Below the pieces are notes generated by a model that did not search any database, was not told the DNA's origin, and saw only the letters and a list, made by a program, of their open reading frames with translations. Shown here one piece after another: positions 46,759 through 55,314 of a stretch of DNA of 64,000 nucleotides. The position numbers and the translations under genes were made by a program. Positions within the stretch are counted from its first letter, which is position 1, and each line of letters begins with the position of its first letter. The stretch is from a virus (Duplodnaviria; Caudoviricetes): the IMG/VR virus record IMGVR_UViG_3300034374_009547; one strand, 5' to 3'.

Positions 46759-48022
46759 CCGATACGACCAAGTTTTAGAAAAACTTTTCATTATATCAAT
46801 TAACAACAATACCAAGTTTGTAGATAAAGAATACAACTTATTACAAAGTATTGACCATGCTGTAGGTATACATCAAGTTTATACTCACGGATATTTAAAA
46901 ACTTTTAAAAAAAATTATATTGTAATACACGATATGGGAACTATAGACTATATTGAAAATTATTTTTTGAATAGTTATGAACGCAAATCATGTAACAATA
47001 AAGGTTTGTACATTTTTTTAACGGAACAAATATTACACACACATATTCCAGAACAAAAAATAATGTTAGATGGTGATAGCAATTTACCTAATATTTCTAT
47101 AGATTGGCAACAATCACAACACGATAAAATTTGGTCTCCTGAATTATCAAGTATTAATGAATTTGTAAAAAATAATCAATTAACAAATGTTTTTGTTTGT
47201 ATTAGTGCAGAAGATAAACATGGAATTTATGCGGGCAAATATAATTTTAACATACTTCGTAATGACGCTTATGTAAACGCAATAGCAACTTTTTTAGACA
47301 AAAATAAATCTCCAACCCAATTTTTTTCTAGTGATAAAATAGATACACATTTTTGGTGTGGTAATTGGGGATATAGACCGCACAGACACATTGTTACTGC
47401 TTTTGCTAGTAGCTTAGACACCTTGTATAGTTGGGGATATACAGATAGTAAACTTAATTTAGCAAATCATCTATGGTTTGATCCTAAAAAATTTAAGTAC
47501 AAAAAAGAATTACTACAATCGCTAAAACAATTACAACCAAACTCAATTGACATAGATACAGGGCAAACTGAAATCACAGGCACATTATTTGATGTAATGC
47601 TTAGACCCGAGTCTGAATACGAAGGTCCTGATTTAAAAAATTATTCAAGTAAAGAATTATTTTCAAATACATTTTGCAGTATTATTAACAGCAGTACATT
47701 TGGTGAACCATTTGCAGTATATGACGAAAAACCTTTAAATGCTATTATAAATTTTAGACCATTTATACTAGTTGGTCCAGCAGGCAGTTTAGAATTAATG
47801 AAAAAGGACGGTTTTAAAACATTTAGTGATTTTTGGAACGAAAGTTACGACAACGAATATAACCATCAAACAAGATTAGAAAAAATATTTGATTTGCTAT
47901 TAGAAATTGACTCTTGGAGTATTGAAAAATGTAAGCAAATGCACAAAGATATGTATAATATATTAATTCATAATTACAACAGAATAGGTAAAGATTTACA
48001 TGAAATGCGCAGCACTTTATAA
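46733..48022 (+). CDS. Glycosyltransferase-like protein (GT-B, GT10/exostosin-like C-terminal motif)
   Basis: DEKP..AI...RPFILVG...L..DGFKTF..FW.ESYD...R motif; very AT-rich. Confidence 0.5.
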   Translation: MQSKLQAHNRYDQVLEKLFIISINNNTKFVDKEYNLLQSIDHAVGIHQVYTHGYLKTFKKNYIVIHDMGTIDYIENYFLNSYERKSCNNKGLYIFLTEQILHTHIPEQKIMLDGDSNLPNISIDWQQSQHDKIWSPELSSINEFVKNNQLTNVFVCISAEDKHGIYAGKYNFNILRNDAYVNAIATFLDKNKSPTQFFSSDKIDTHFWCGNWGYRPHRHIVTAFASSLDTLYSWGYTDSKLNLANHLWFDPKKFKYKKELLQSLKQLQPNSIDIDTGQTEITGTLFDVMLRPESEYEGPDLKNYSSKELFSNTFCSIINSSTFGEPFAVYDEKPLNAIINFRPFILVGPAGSLELMKKDGFKTFSDFWNESYDNEYNHQTRLEKIFDLLLEIDSWSIEKCKQMHKDMYNILIHNYNRIGKDLHEMRSTL

Positions 48023-48926
48023 TCATACAAATATACGTGGTGGTAATCGTGTGTATCCTTGTTGTCGTTACAAGGAAAGTGTAATGCACTTTGATGGCAA
48101 TGTTGGTAAAATTATGCATAGTTATATGTATAATAAATTACGTGCAGATATGGAAGATGATTGGTTGCCGGGCTGTGGTAAATGCAAACACGAAGAAGAA
48201 CTAGGGGTAGAAAGTTTAAGACAACGGTTTAATTCTCGTTATCAAATGAGCAAACCTACACTGGATTATTTGGAAGTAGGGTTTGATAACATATGTGATT
48301 TAACTTGTGATGGTTGCTGGGAGGAATGGAGCAGCAGCTGGTGGGCTAAAAAGAATCCCGACCTGCCACACAAACAGGGAATTACCAGCACAGAAGAATT
48401 TACACATATACCCAACACTATAAATCGTGTGGTGTTTTTAGGTGGCGAACCACTTATGACAAATAGACACAGACGTTTTTTACAAACATTTGACAATTTA
48501 GAAAATCTATCTGTGGAATATTTTACAAATGGTATGCACAAATTACAAGAAGAAGATTACCAAGTTTTAAGCAAATGCAAACATGTACACTTTACAATCA
48601 GCATAGACGGTATAGGTGTTTTGAATGAACAGGTGCGTAGCGGTAGTGTTTGGAGCAGAGTGGTCAAAACATTAGATGAAATAGCAGATGTATTTGATTA
48701 TACAATACACAGCGTAGTGCATAAAAATAATTGGCACGGTTTACCAGAACTTGCAGAGTTTGCAAAAAAATATAAAAAATGGACAACAAATGTCTTGACA
48801 TTTCCTAAAGAACTGGATATAATAACACTAGAGCAGTGTGACAAAGCAAAACTAGAAAAAATATTGGATACATATGATATACCAAACAGGCAATATATTA
48901 AGGCACACTTACAAGGAGAAGCATGA
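48000..48926 (+). CDS. Radical SAM protein with N-terminal twitch/SPASM-like Cys cluster
   Basis: C...PCC...CGKC N-terminus; NICDLTCDGC; GGEPL; TNG; SIDG. Confidence 0.85.
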   Translation: MKCAALYNHTNIRGGNRVYPCCRYKESVMHFDGNVGKIMHSYMYNKLRADMEDDWLPGCGKCKHEEELGVESLRQRFNSRYQMSKPTLDYLEVGFDNICDLTCDGCWEEWSSSWWAKKNPDLPHKQGITSTEEFTHIPNTINRVVFLGGEPLMTNRHRRFLQTFDNLENLSVEYFTNGMHKLQEEDYQVLSKCKHVHFTISIDGIGVLNEQVRSGSVWSRVVKTLDEIADVFDYTIHSVVHKNNWHGLPELAEFAKKYKKWTTNVLTFPKELDIITLEQCDKAKLEKILDTYDIPNRQYIKAHLQGEA

Positions 48927-49537
48927 TGGACATGCGCAGTTATGAAAATTGGAGAGAACACGGTGCTGATGAAAGTAGTGTAGAAGAAGTAACTTGGAAT
49001 AATAACGATTTGCTTACACTACCTTGGGAAGCAACATATATGACAGACGAGATTCCAGAAGATAGTTCATGGGATACGTTTGCTACAAAAAATAAAAAAG
49101 CACTAGAAGCCATGTACAAACAATGGGGAGTACCTAAAGAAGGTAGTCTACATTATATGAGTATACGTCCAGAACTAACAAAAGGACTTGCTACACTTAT
49201 TGCTCCGTATGCACATATGAAGTTCAATTACAACTTCCTAAAACTAACACCAGGGTGTAGTTTAATGTGGCACTTTGATACATATGCTACATTTGTAAAG
49301 TTCAATAATATCGATGAAGCAGATGCACATCATGTTTGTAGGACCGTTGTGATGATGGATGACTGGGATAGAGGTCAAGTACTACAAGTAGGTGACGAAG
49401 TTTACACAGGCTGGAGTGCAGGAGATACATATACTTGGAAGGGTGATACTTGGCACGGTATGGCTAATTTTGGTCCTACTAATATTGTTATTGCTCAAAT
49501 AACATTCCTGGATGAAGATGACAAATATTCCCAATGA
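48923..49537 (+). CDS. 2OG-Fe(II) oxygenase / cupin-like protein
   Basis: PGCSLMWHFD (HxD), GQV...W..G..Y.W....WHG distal His. Confidence 0.65.
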   Translation: MMDMRSYENWREHGADESSVEEVTWNNNDLLTLPWEATYMTDEIPEDSSWDTFATKNKKALEAMYKQWGVPKEGSLHYMSIRPELTKGLATLIAPYAHMKFNYNFLKLTPGCSLMWHFDTYATFVKFNNIDEADAHHVCRTVVMMDDWDRGQVLQVGDEVYTGWSAGDTYTWKGDTWHGMANFGPTNIVIAQITFLDEDDKYSQ

Positions 49538-50420
49538 TAAGCGTGATATGGATTTTGGCAGTGCTTTTGCTATACAAGATCCAGAAACAATGCGTTTATT
49601 AAGAAAACATTATAACTTTATTGATCTCAATAATGACAGCATTATTGATGAATTTCTGCATGAATACGATACTTGGATTAAATCAGGTACACTAAATGTG
49701 TTTACTGGATTAGAAGATTTTGGTTACAAATGTTATAGTAATGGTACTACAGAAGCATTTGATAAATTTTATATGCGCAATGCTAAACGTAGATTCCGAT
49801 GCTATAAAGGCGAATATATGTATCATAGATTAGCGTGGAGAGACAAGTTTGTTTGGGCATATATTGAAGACGAACCGCTTCACAATGCAGATGCAGTAGT
49901 TATTAGTTTACCATTTGCGGATACAGGTGACAAACACGACAAGTATCACGATCTAATGCGTGAATGTAGTGAACTAGGAATACCAGTATTAGTAGATTGT
50001 GCATATTACGGTGCTTGTAGGCATATACACATAGACTTAGCGTATCCTTGTATTACAGACGTTACGTTTAGTTTGAGCAAAACATTTCCAGTTGCTTACG
50101 CCCGTATAGGTATGCGATATACTAAAGTAGATGACGACGATACAATGTTTGTGTATCACAAAATAAACTACAATAACAAAATAGGTGCATTACTTGGTTT
50201 AGAATATTTTGACAACTTTTCACCCGATTACATACCAAACAAATATATTGACAAACAAGCAGATTTCTGTAATACTATAGGAGTTAGTATTAGTAAAACC
50301 GTGCTATTTGGTATTGATTACAATAATAAGTTTCCGCAATACAACAGAGGCGGACGTACAAATAGACTGAGTTTTCATAAACAATATATTAAAGGATTAG
50401 ATATTGCCGGTACAAAGTAA
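49512..50420 (+). CDS. PLP-dependent fold-type-I enzyme (aminotransferase class I/II-like)
   Basis: NGTTEAF, VLVDCAY (Asp contacting PLP), FSLSKTF (Schiff-base Lys), RIG. Confidence 0.75.
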   Translation: MKMTNIPNDKRDMDFGSAFAIQDPETMRLLRKHYNFIDLNNDSIIDEFLHEYDTWIKSGTLNVFTGLEDFGYKCYSNGTTEAFDKFYMRNAKRRFRCYKGEYMYHRLAWRDKFVWAYIEDEPLHNADAVVISLPFADTGDKHDKYHDLMRECSELGIPVLVDCAYYGACRHIHIDLAYPCITDVTFSLSKTFPVAYARIGMRYTKVDDDDTMFVYHKINYNNKIGALLGLEYFDNFSPDYIPNKYIDKQADFCNTIGVSISKTVLFGIDYNNKFPQYNRGGRTNRLSFHKQYIKGLDIAGTK

Positions 50421-51462
50421 TAACGATTGGGATCCATTAGAAGAGATTATTATCGGCACAGCAGACAATTGTGTGCATCCTACTATGAATATTAGTACAC
50501 ATAGTTTTATATATGGTGGTGAACAATATGAAGATATCAAACACTTTAACGGGCAACCTATTGAACAATGGATTGTCGATGAAGCAAACGAAGATTTAGA
50601 TGGGTTAGAAAAGTGCTTAAAAGATTTAGGTGTTAAAACTAGACGTCCAAAAAGCATCGATCATAACCAAAAGTTTAGCACACCAGAATGGACTACTACA
50701 GGATGGTATACTTTCTGTCCAAGAGATTTGTTGTTGCCTTTAGACAATATGATTGTAGAATGTCCTAGCCCAATGCGAGCAAGATATTTTGAAACTAGAG
50801 CATACTATGACCATTTATATGAATGGATGAAAGAAGGTACACAATGGATTTGTGCGCCTAAACCTATTTTAACTGATGATAACTATCAATTGGAGGACCG
50901 TAGTGAAGCAACCCTTGTTAACAAAGAAATTATTTTTGATGCTCCTAATATCGTTCGTCTTGGTAGGGATCTTCTCTGCCAAGTTAGCAATAGTGGCAAC
51001 CAACTTGGTTTTGAATGGTTACGTACTATTTTAGAGCCAAAAGGCTATCGTATCCACGTAGCAGAAAAATATTATAGTTTTGCACACTTTGATAGCACCG
51101 TATTGCCACTGCGGCCTGGACTAGTGTTGTTTAATGCAGGACGCCTAAGCGAGGATTGGTATCCACCTATTTTTAAAGACTGGGACAAGATTTGGGTAGG
51201 TGAAGAAGATCTACACGTTCCGCCAGCAAACACAGGTGTTGCTCCTTGCTCACCTTATATTGGATTAAACTTTTTGAGTGTTAATCCAGAACTTGTTATT
51301 GTTGATGAAAAGCAAGAAGCACTTAGACGTATACTAGGCAAACATGGTATTGATACAATAGGCCTTCCAATGCGTCAAGCACGTAGCATGAGCGGAGGGT
51401 TTCATTGTGCTACACTAGACACTAAGCGCAAAGGCAGTTTGGAGGATTATTTTGCAACATAG
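50404..51462 (+). CDS. L-arginine:amine amidinotransferase (AGAT / StrB1-like)
   Basis: NDWDPLEEIIIG, CPRD, R.FE, FDA, HFDST, N.LS and GGFHCAT with catalytic Cys. Confidence 0.9.
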   Translation: MPVQSNNDWDPLEEIIIGTADNCVHPTMNISTHSFIYGGEQYEDIKHFNGQPIEQWIVDEANEDLDGLEKCLKDLGVKTRRPKSIDHNQKFSTPEWTTTGWYTFCPRDLLLPLDNMIVECPSPMRARYFETRAYYDHLYEWMKEGTQWICAPKPILTDDNYQLEDRSEATLVNKEIIFDAPNIVRLGRDLLCQVSNSGNQLGFEWLRTILEPKGYRIHVAEKYYSFAHFDSTVLPLRPGLVLFNAGRLSEDWYPPIFKDWDKIWVGEEDLHVPPANTGVAPCSPYIGLNFLSVNPELVIVDEKQEALRRILGKHGIDTIGLPMRQARSMSGGFHCATLDTKRKGSLEDYFAT

Positions 51463-51673
51463 TATAGAACAATGGATTGAACGTATAAATGCAATGAAAG
51501 ATATGTGTATTCAAGCACATAGATTGCGTAATCAATACAGCGAACAAGTTGAAGAAACATACAACTATGCACAAGTAAAAGATATACTAGAGCAAGTGCA
51601 ATCAATGGCCGCCGGTATTGCAAATGAAAAAATAACCGAAATTAAAACAGAAATGGATGAATGGAAAAAATGA
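51452..51673 (+). CDS. Hypothetical protein
   Basis: GGAGG RBS plus TTG start. Confidence 0.55.
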   Translation: MQHSIEQWIERINAMKDMCIQAHRLRNQYSEQVEETYNYAQVKDILEQVQSMAAGIANEKITEIKTEMDEWKK

Positions 51674-52224
51674 AACGCAAACATTATACTTGGGACGATG
51701 TACATAAATGTGCTCACAAACTAGCACTGGAAATGTACAAAACTGGATTCAAACCAGATTATATTGTAGGACTCAACAGAGGCGGTCTGCCTATCAGTGT
51801 TGTGTTAAGCCATTTATTAGACTGCGACCATTATGCGCTAGATGTACGGTTACGTGATAACAAAGGAGAAACTGGACCTGAATCTAACTGCTGGATGGCA
51901 GAAGATGCGTTTGGGTATGTATCTCAAATTGATAGAGATGATGTTTGGAGTAAATCTACTAGCGATACTGCTAAGAAAAAGAAAATTTTAATTGTAGATG
52001 ATATCAACGATACTGGTGCTACATTTAAATGGATTAAAGAAGATTGGCAAGCAGGTTGTTTACCAGATAGTCCAAACTGGGATACCATTTGGAATCAAAA
52101 TGTTCGCTTTGCTGTAATGTGTGAAAAAACACATACCGAGTTTGATGGGGTTGACTATGTATGGCAAACCATAGATACAGGTGAAGAAGATACATGGATT
52201 GTGTTTCCATGGGAATATGATTAA
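51661..52224 (+). CDS. Type I phosphoribosyltransferase (xanthine/guanine PRT-like)
   Basis: VGLNRGG, ILIVDDINDTGAT PRPP-binding loop, WIVFPWE. Confidence 0.88.
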   Translation: MEKMKRKHYTWDDVHKCAHKLALEMYKTGFKPDYIVGLNRGGLPISVVLSHLLDCDHYALDVRLRDNKGETGPESNCWMAEDAFGYVSQIDRDDVWSKSTSDTAKKKKILIVDDINDTGATFKWIKEDWQAGCLPDSPNWDTIWNQNVRFAVMCEKTHTEFDGVDYVWQTIDTGEEDTWIVFPWEYD

Positions 52225-52233
52225 GGAGATAAC

Positions 52234-52362
52234 ATGAGTTGTACATGTGGAAGATCGCCAACAGGACGTTGTGTAGGTTGGCATAGTTTAACAGAGGAGC
52301 AATACCTTGAGAAAAAAGCCGAATATGAAAAAAGACAAGCACTAAAGGAGAAAAAGGAATGA
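52234..52362 (+). CDS. Small CDGSH-like Fe-S/Zn-binding protein (42 aa, not in track)
   Basis: AAGGAG RBS; MSCTCGRSPTGRCVGWH (3Cys-1His) followed by a charged helix; ATGA overlap with next gene. Confidence 0.6.
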   Translation: MSCTCGRSPTGRCVGWHSLTEEQYLEKKAEYEKRQALKEKKE

Positions 52363-52562
52363 AAGAACAACTAGTAAAAGCAGCACGTATGCACGCCGAA
52401 GGTGAGCTCGAAAGAGCAAAAACAAATATTATGGTTTACATGAACCAAAGTGTAGGTATTGGCGAACACAGCGATATCGTCGAAGCAATTCAAGAAGAAC
52501 TTGATAAAATGGCAGCGGCAGAAGATCGTATCGAAATGCTGAGAAAATATTTTGAGGGTTAA
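52359..52562 (+). CDS. Conserved phage hypothetical protein
   Basis: VGIGEHSD motif; AAGGAG RBS. Confidence 0.65.
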   Translation: MKEQLVKAARMHAEGELERAKTNIMVYMNQSVGIGEHSDIVEAIQEELDKMAAAEDRIEMLRKYFEG

Positions 52563-52579
52563 AAACCATAGTTAACCTA

Positions 52580-52608
52580 TTGACAAATAATCTAAATAAT
52601 GTTACTAT
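52580..52608 (+). promoter_or_regulatory. Sigma70-like promoter TTGACA-N17-TACTAT
   Basis: Exact spacing; upstream of folE. Confidence 0.7.
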
Positions 52609-52613
52609 AAACA

Positions 52614-52640
52614 ATAGACATCCTCGTCTATAACTCGGAG
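52614..52640 (+). promoter_or_regulatory. folE leader hairpin adjacent to the SD
   Basis: ATAGAC-ATCCTC-GTCTAT starts at about the predicted +1, followed by AACTCGGAG. Confidence 0.5.
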
Positions 52641-52646
52641 AATAAA

Positions 52647-53378
52647 ATGACAGAAGAAGTAAAAGGACTTAATACTGACAATGTTGAGCCTGTAAAGATT
52701 AGTCAAGTAGTACGTGAAAGACTACAAAAAAACGGTGTTCGTTTTTATGCAAATGACAATATTAGTGAACATATTAGTGAATTTGAATTACAAGAGATTC
52801 AAAACGAATTAAAATACAAGTTCCAAGATGTACTAGATACACTTATTATTGATACAGAAAACGATCCAAACAGCATGGATACTGCAAATCGTTTGGCGAA
52901 GATGTATATTCATGAATTGATGCGTGGAAGGTATTATCCGCAGCCTAATGCAACTGCATTTCCTAATCATACAGATGATGCGTATGATGGTATGCTTGTT
53001 GTGCGTAGCGAACTTAAAAGTGTTTGTTCGCATCACCATCAACCAGTTACAGGTGTAGCATATATTGGTATTCTTGCTGCTGATAAACTTATTGGATTAA
53101 GCAAGTATACACGTATTGCACAATGGTGTGCTAGACGTGGCACACTACAAGAAGAACTTGCAATGGATATCTGTAAAGAAATAATGAAAGTTACAGGTGC
53201 TAAAGATTGTGGTGTTTATATTCAAGCAACACACGGTTGCTGTGAAAATAGAGGCATTATGGCACATAGTAGTTTAACACAAACAAGTGTACTAAAAGGT
53301 GCGTTTAAAACTGATCCTGGTACAAAGAAAGAATTTTTTGATAACATTAAATTACAACAGGAGTTTGCACCGCGATGA
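52647..53378 (+). CDS. folE: GTP cyclohydrolase I
   Basis: SVCSHHHQP, IGLSKY.R, QEEL, ATHGCCENRG. Confidence 0.95.
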   Translation: MTEEVKGLNTDNVEPVKISQVVRERLQKNGVRFYANDNISEHISEFELQEIQNELKYKFQDVLDTLIIDTENDPNSMDTANRLAKMYIHELMRGRYYPQPNATAFPNHTDDAYDGMLVVRSELKSVCSHHHQPVTGVAYIGILAADKLIGLSKYTRIAQWCARRGTLQEELAMDICKEIMKVTGAKDCGVYIQATHGCCENRGIMAHSSLTQTSVLKGAFKTDPGTKKEFFDNIKLQQEFAPR

Positions 53379-54271
53379 AACTAAGATATAGTGAAGCATT
53401 TTATAGTGTGCAAGGCGAAGGCAAATTTGTAGGAGTACCTAGTGTATTCCTACGCACCTTTGGTTGTAACTTTCGTTGTATGAATTTTGGTGTGGATAAA
53501 AGTGTTGGCAGTCGTTGGGAGCAACACGCAAAAGGTCAACGCTACAACGCAGAAGTAAAACAACTGCTAGATGACGGTGTTCATGAAACTACAAAAGAGT
53601 TTAATGATTTGCCTATTGTGCATACAGGCTGCGATACATATGCAAGTATCTATCCAGAATTTAAACACTTCAATATGCTTAAAAGCGTAGATGAAGTTGT
53701 AGAACACTTGTTGAGTTTGTTGCCGGAAGGCAAATGGACTATGGATAATGGACAAGATGTTCATCTTATCCTTACAGGCGGCGAGCCATTACTTGCTTGG
53801 CAACGGTTGTATGTCGAGCTGTTTGAACACCCAGGTATGCAGGATCTAAAAAATGTCACAATCGAAACCAACACTACACAGCATCTACACGATGACTTCT
53901 ACAACTATCTCAATGGTCACGAAAGAATTCAGCTCACTTTTAGCTGTTCTCCCAAACTATCCGTATCGGGCGAGTCTTGGGATGATGCTATTAAGCCTGA
54001 TGTTGCTCGTGAGTATTCCCTTGTTGATGGCAGCAATATGTATTTTAAGTTTGTTGTTGCTGATCAGAGTGATGTTGACGAAGTTGGTAGAGCAGTTGAT
54101 ACCTATCGTAAAGCGGGCGTGGATGTTCCTGTATATCTCATGCCGCTTGGGGGTAGGTCGGAAGAATACACTCTCAACGTACAAGAGGTGGCGAACCTCT
54201 GTATGGAACGAGGGTGGAGGTTCTCGCCAAGACTCCACATTAGCCTATTCGGAAATGCCTGGGGCACTTAA
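53375..54271 (+). CDS. queE: 7-carboxy-7-deazaguanine synthase (radical SAM)
   Basis: EAFYSVQGEG...VFLRTFGCNFRC...CDT, LTGGEP, IETN, SPK, PRLH. Confidence 0.92.
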   Translation: MKLRYSEAFYSVQGEGKFVGVPSVFLRTFGCNFRCMNFGVDKSVGSRWEQHAKGQRYNAEVKQLLDDGVHETTKEFNDLPIVHTGCDTYASIYPEFKHFNMLKSVDEVVEHLLSLLPEGKWTMDNGQDVHLILTGGEPLLAWQRLYVELFEHPGMQDLKNVTIETNTTQHLHDDFYNYLNGHERIQLTFSCSPKLSVSGESWDDAIKPDVAREYSLVDGSNMYFKFVVADQSDVDEVGRAVDTYRKAGVDVPVYLMPLGGRSEEYTLNVQEVANLCMERGWRFSPRLHISLFGNAWGT

Positions 54272-54340
54272 AGAAAACCTAGATAGTATTCCAAAAGGCA
54301 TAAAAAGCGAAGAAGAATACGAACGCATAAGGAAACAACT

Positions 54341-54934
54341 TTGAGATTAATTACATTTGGTTGCAGTCTTACTTTAGGAAGCGGTTTAGAGGATGTAGGC
54401 ATTCGACCTGAGCATCCTAGTAAATTTGCGTGGCCAAATGTACTTTCTACTTTATTAGGATGCACTTTAGAAAATAAAGCTGCTGCTGGTGCTAGTAACA
54501 AACAAATACAAAAGTTAGTTCAAGAATACAATTTTGTAAGTAACGATGTAGTGGTAATTTTATGGAGTCATAAAGACAGATGGTGTGTTTTTGACGGTGA
54601 TTTTACAAATCAAATTAATGCATGGGATAGTGACATAAAAAGTAAAATGTTTTTTAAATTTTTGCACAATGACACAGATATGTCTATGGATCTACATAAC
54701 AGAATACATTATGTAAATATGTATCTAAACAATAAAAAAATTAAAAACTTTCATTTATATGCAGATATTATGTATAAAAATACATATAAATGGTTTGATG
54801 TTGATATGCTCCATACAAACATGGCAGAACTAAGACATGCAAATCCACCAGCAAAATATGACCATCATCCGGGTATTGAAGCACATAGTATATTTGCTAA
54901 TCAAGTGTATAAAGAAATAAAGGAAAAAATATGA
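54341..54934 (+). CDS. SGNH/GDSL-like hydrolase or acyltransferase
   Basis: FGCSLT.G, N.A..GASN, DHHPG..AH; AT-rich. Confidence 0.6.
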   Translation: MRLITFGCSLTLGSGLEDVGIRPEHPSKFAWPNVLSTLLGCTLENKAAAGASNKQIQKLVQEYNFVSNDVVVILWSHKDRWCVFDGDFTNQINAWDSDIKSKMFFKFLHNDTDMSMDLHNRIHYVNMYLNNKKIKNFHLYADIMYKNTYKWFDVDMLHTNMAELRHANPPAKYDHHPGIEAHSIFANQVYKEIKEKI

Positions 54935-55314
54935 AACAATGGTTAAAACGTGTAACTGGCATTGAAGCACGAGAAAAAGAACTAGAAGCCAAAGAACTAG
55001 CAGTACTAGATAAAACTGATCCTAAGGCTGCTGCTACAAAACGCAAAGAGCCTTGGGTAAATGTGCTAGACATGCAAGTAAATGAAGAAAATATTCGCAA
55101 CGGTTTTTTTGAGTTAGATTGGAACAAATACTTTATCCAAGAACTACTAGCAGCAGGATATGGTAGTGAAGGTGACGAAGAAGAACAAATTGTCGACCGT
55201 TGGTTCAAAGATATTATTTTTAACATGTTGCAAGAAGAAGGACTTGACACAAGTCGCGGAGCCGGTTATATTAATGTAGTACCAATAGACAAAGGCAAAA
55301 GCGAGGTATCATGA
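54931..55314 (+). CDS. Conserved phage hypothetical protein
   Basis: G.FELDWN.YF...L...GY motif. Confidence 0.65.
   Translation: MKQWLKRVTGIEAREKELEAKELAVLDKTDPKAAATKRKEPWVNVLDMQVNEENIRNGFFELDWNKYFIQELLAAGYGSEGDEEEQIVDRWFKDIIFNMLQEEGLDTSRGAGYINVVPIDKGKSEVS

Noticed and set aside
52614-52640. Calling the folE leader a known preQ1-I or THF-II riboswitch
   Set aside because: The loop is too short and the consensus nucleotides and A-rich tail are not matched; kept only as a candidate novel element
53853-54254. 163-aa alternative-frame + ORF inside queE, and the 111-aa one at 33812-34147
   Set aside because: Fully nested in conserved genes within locally GC-richer DNA; no RBS or recognisable motif
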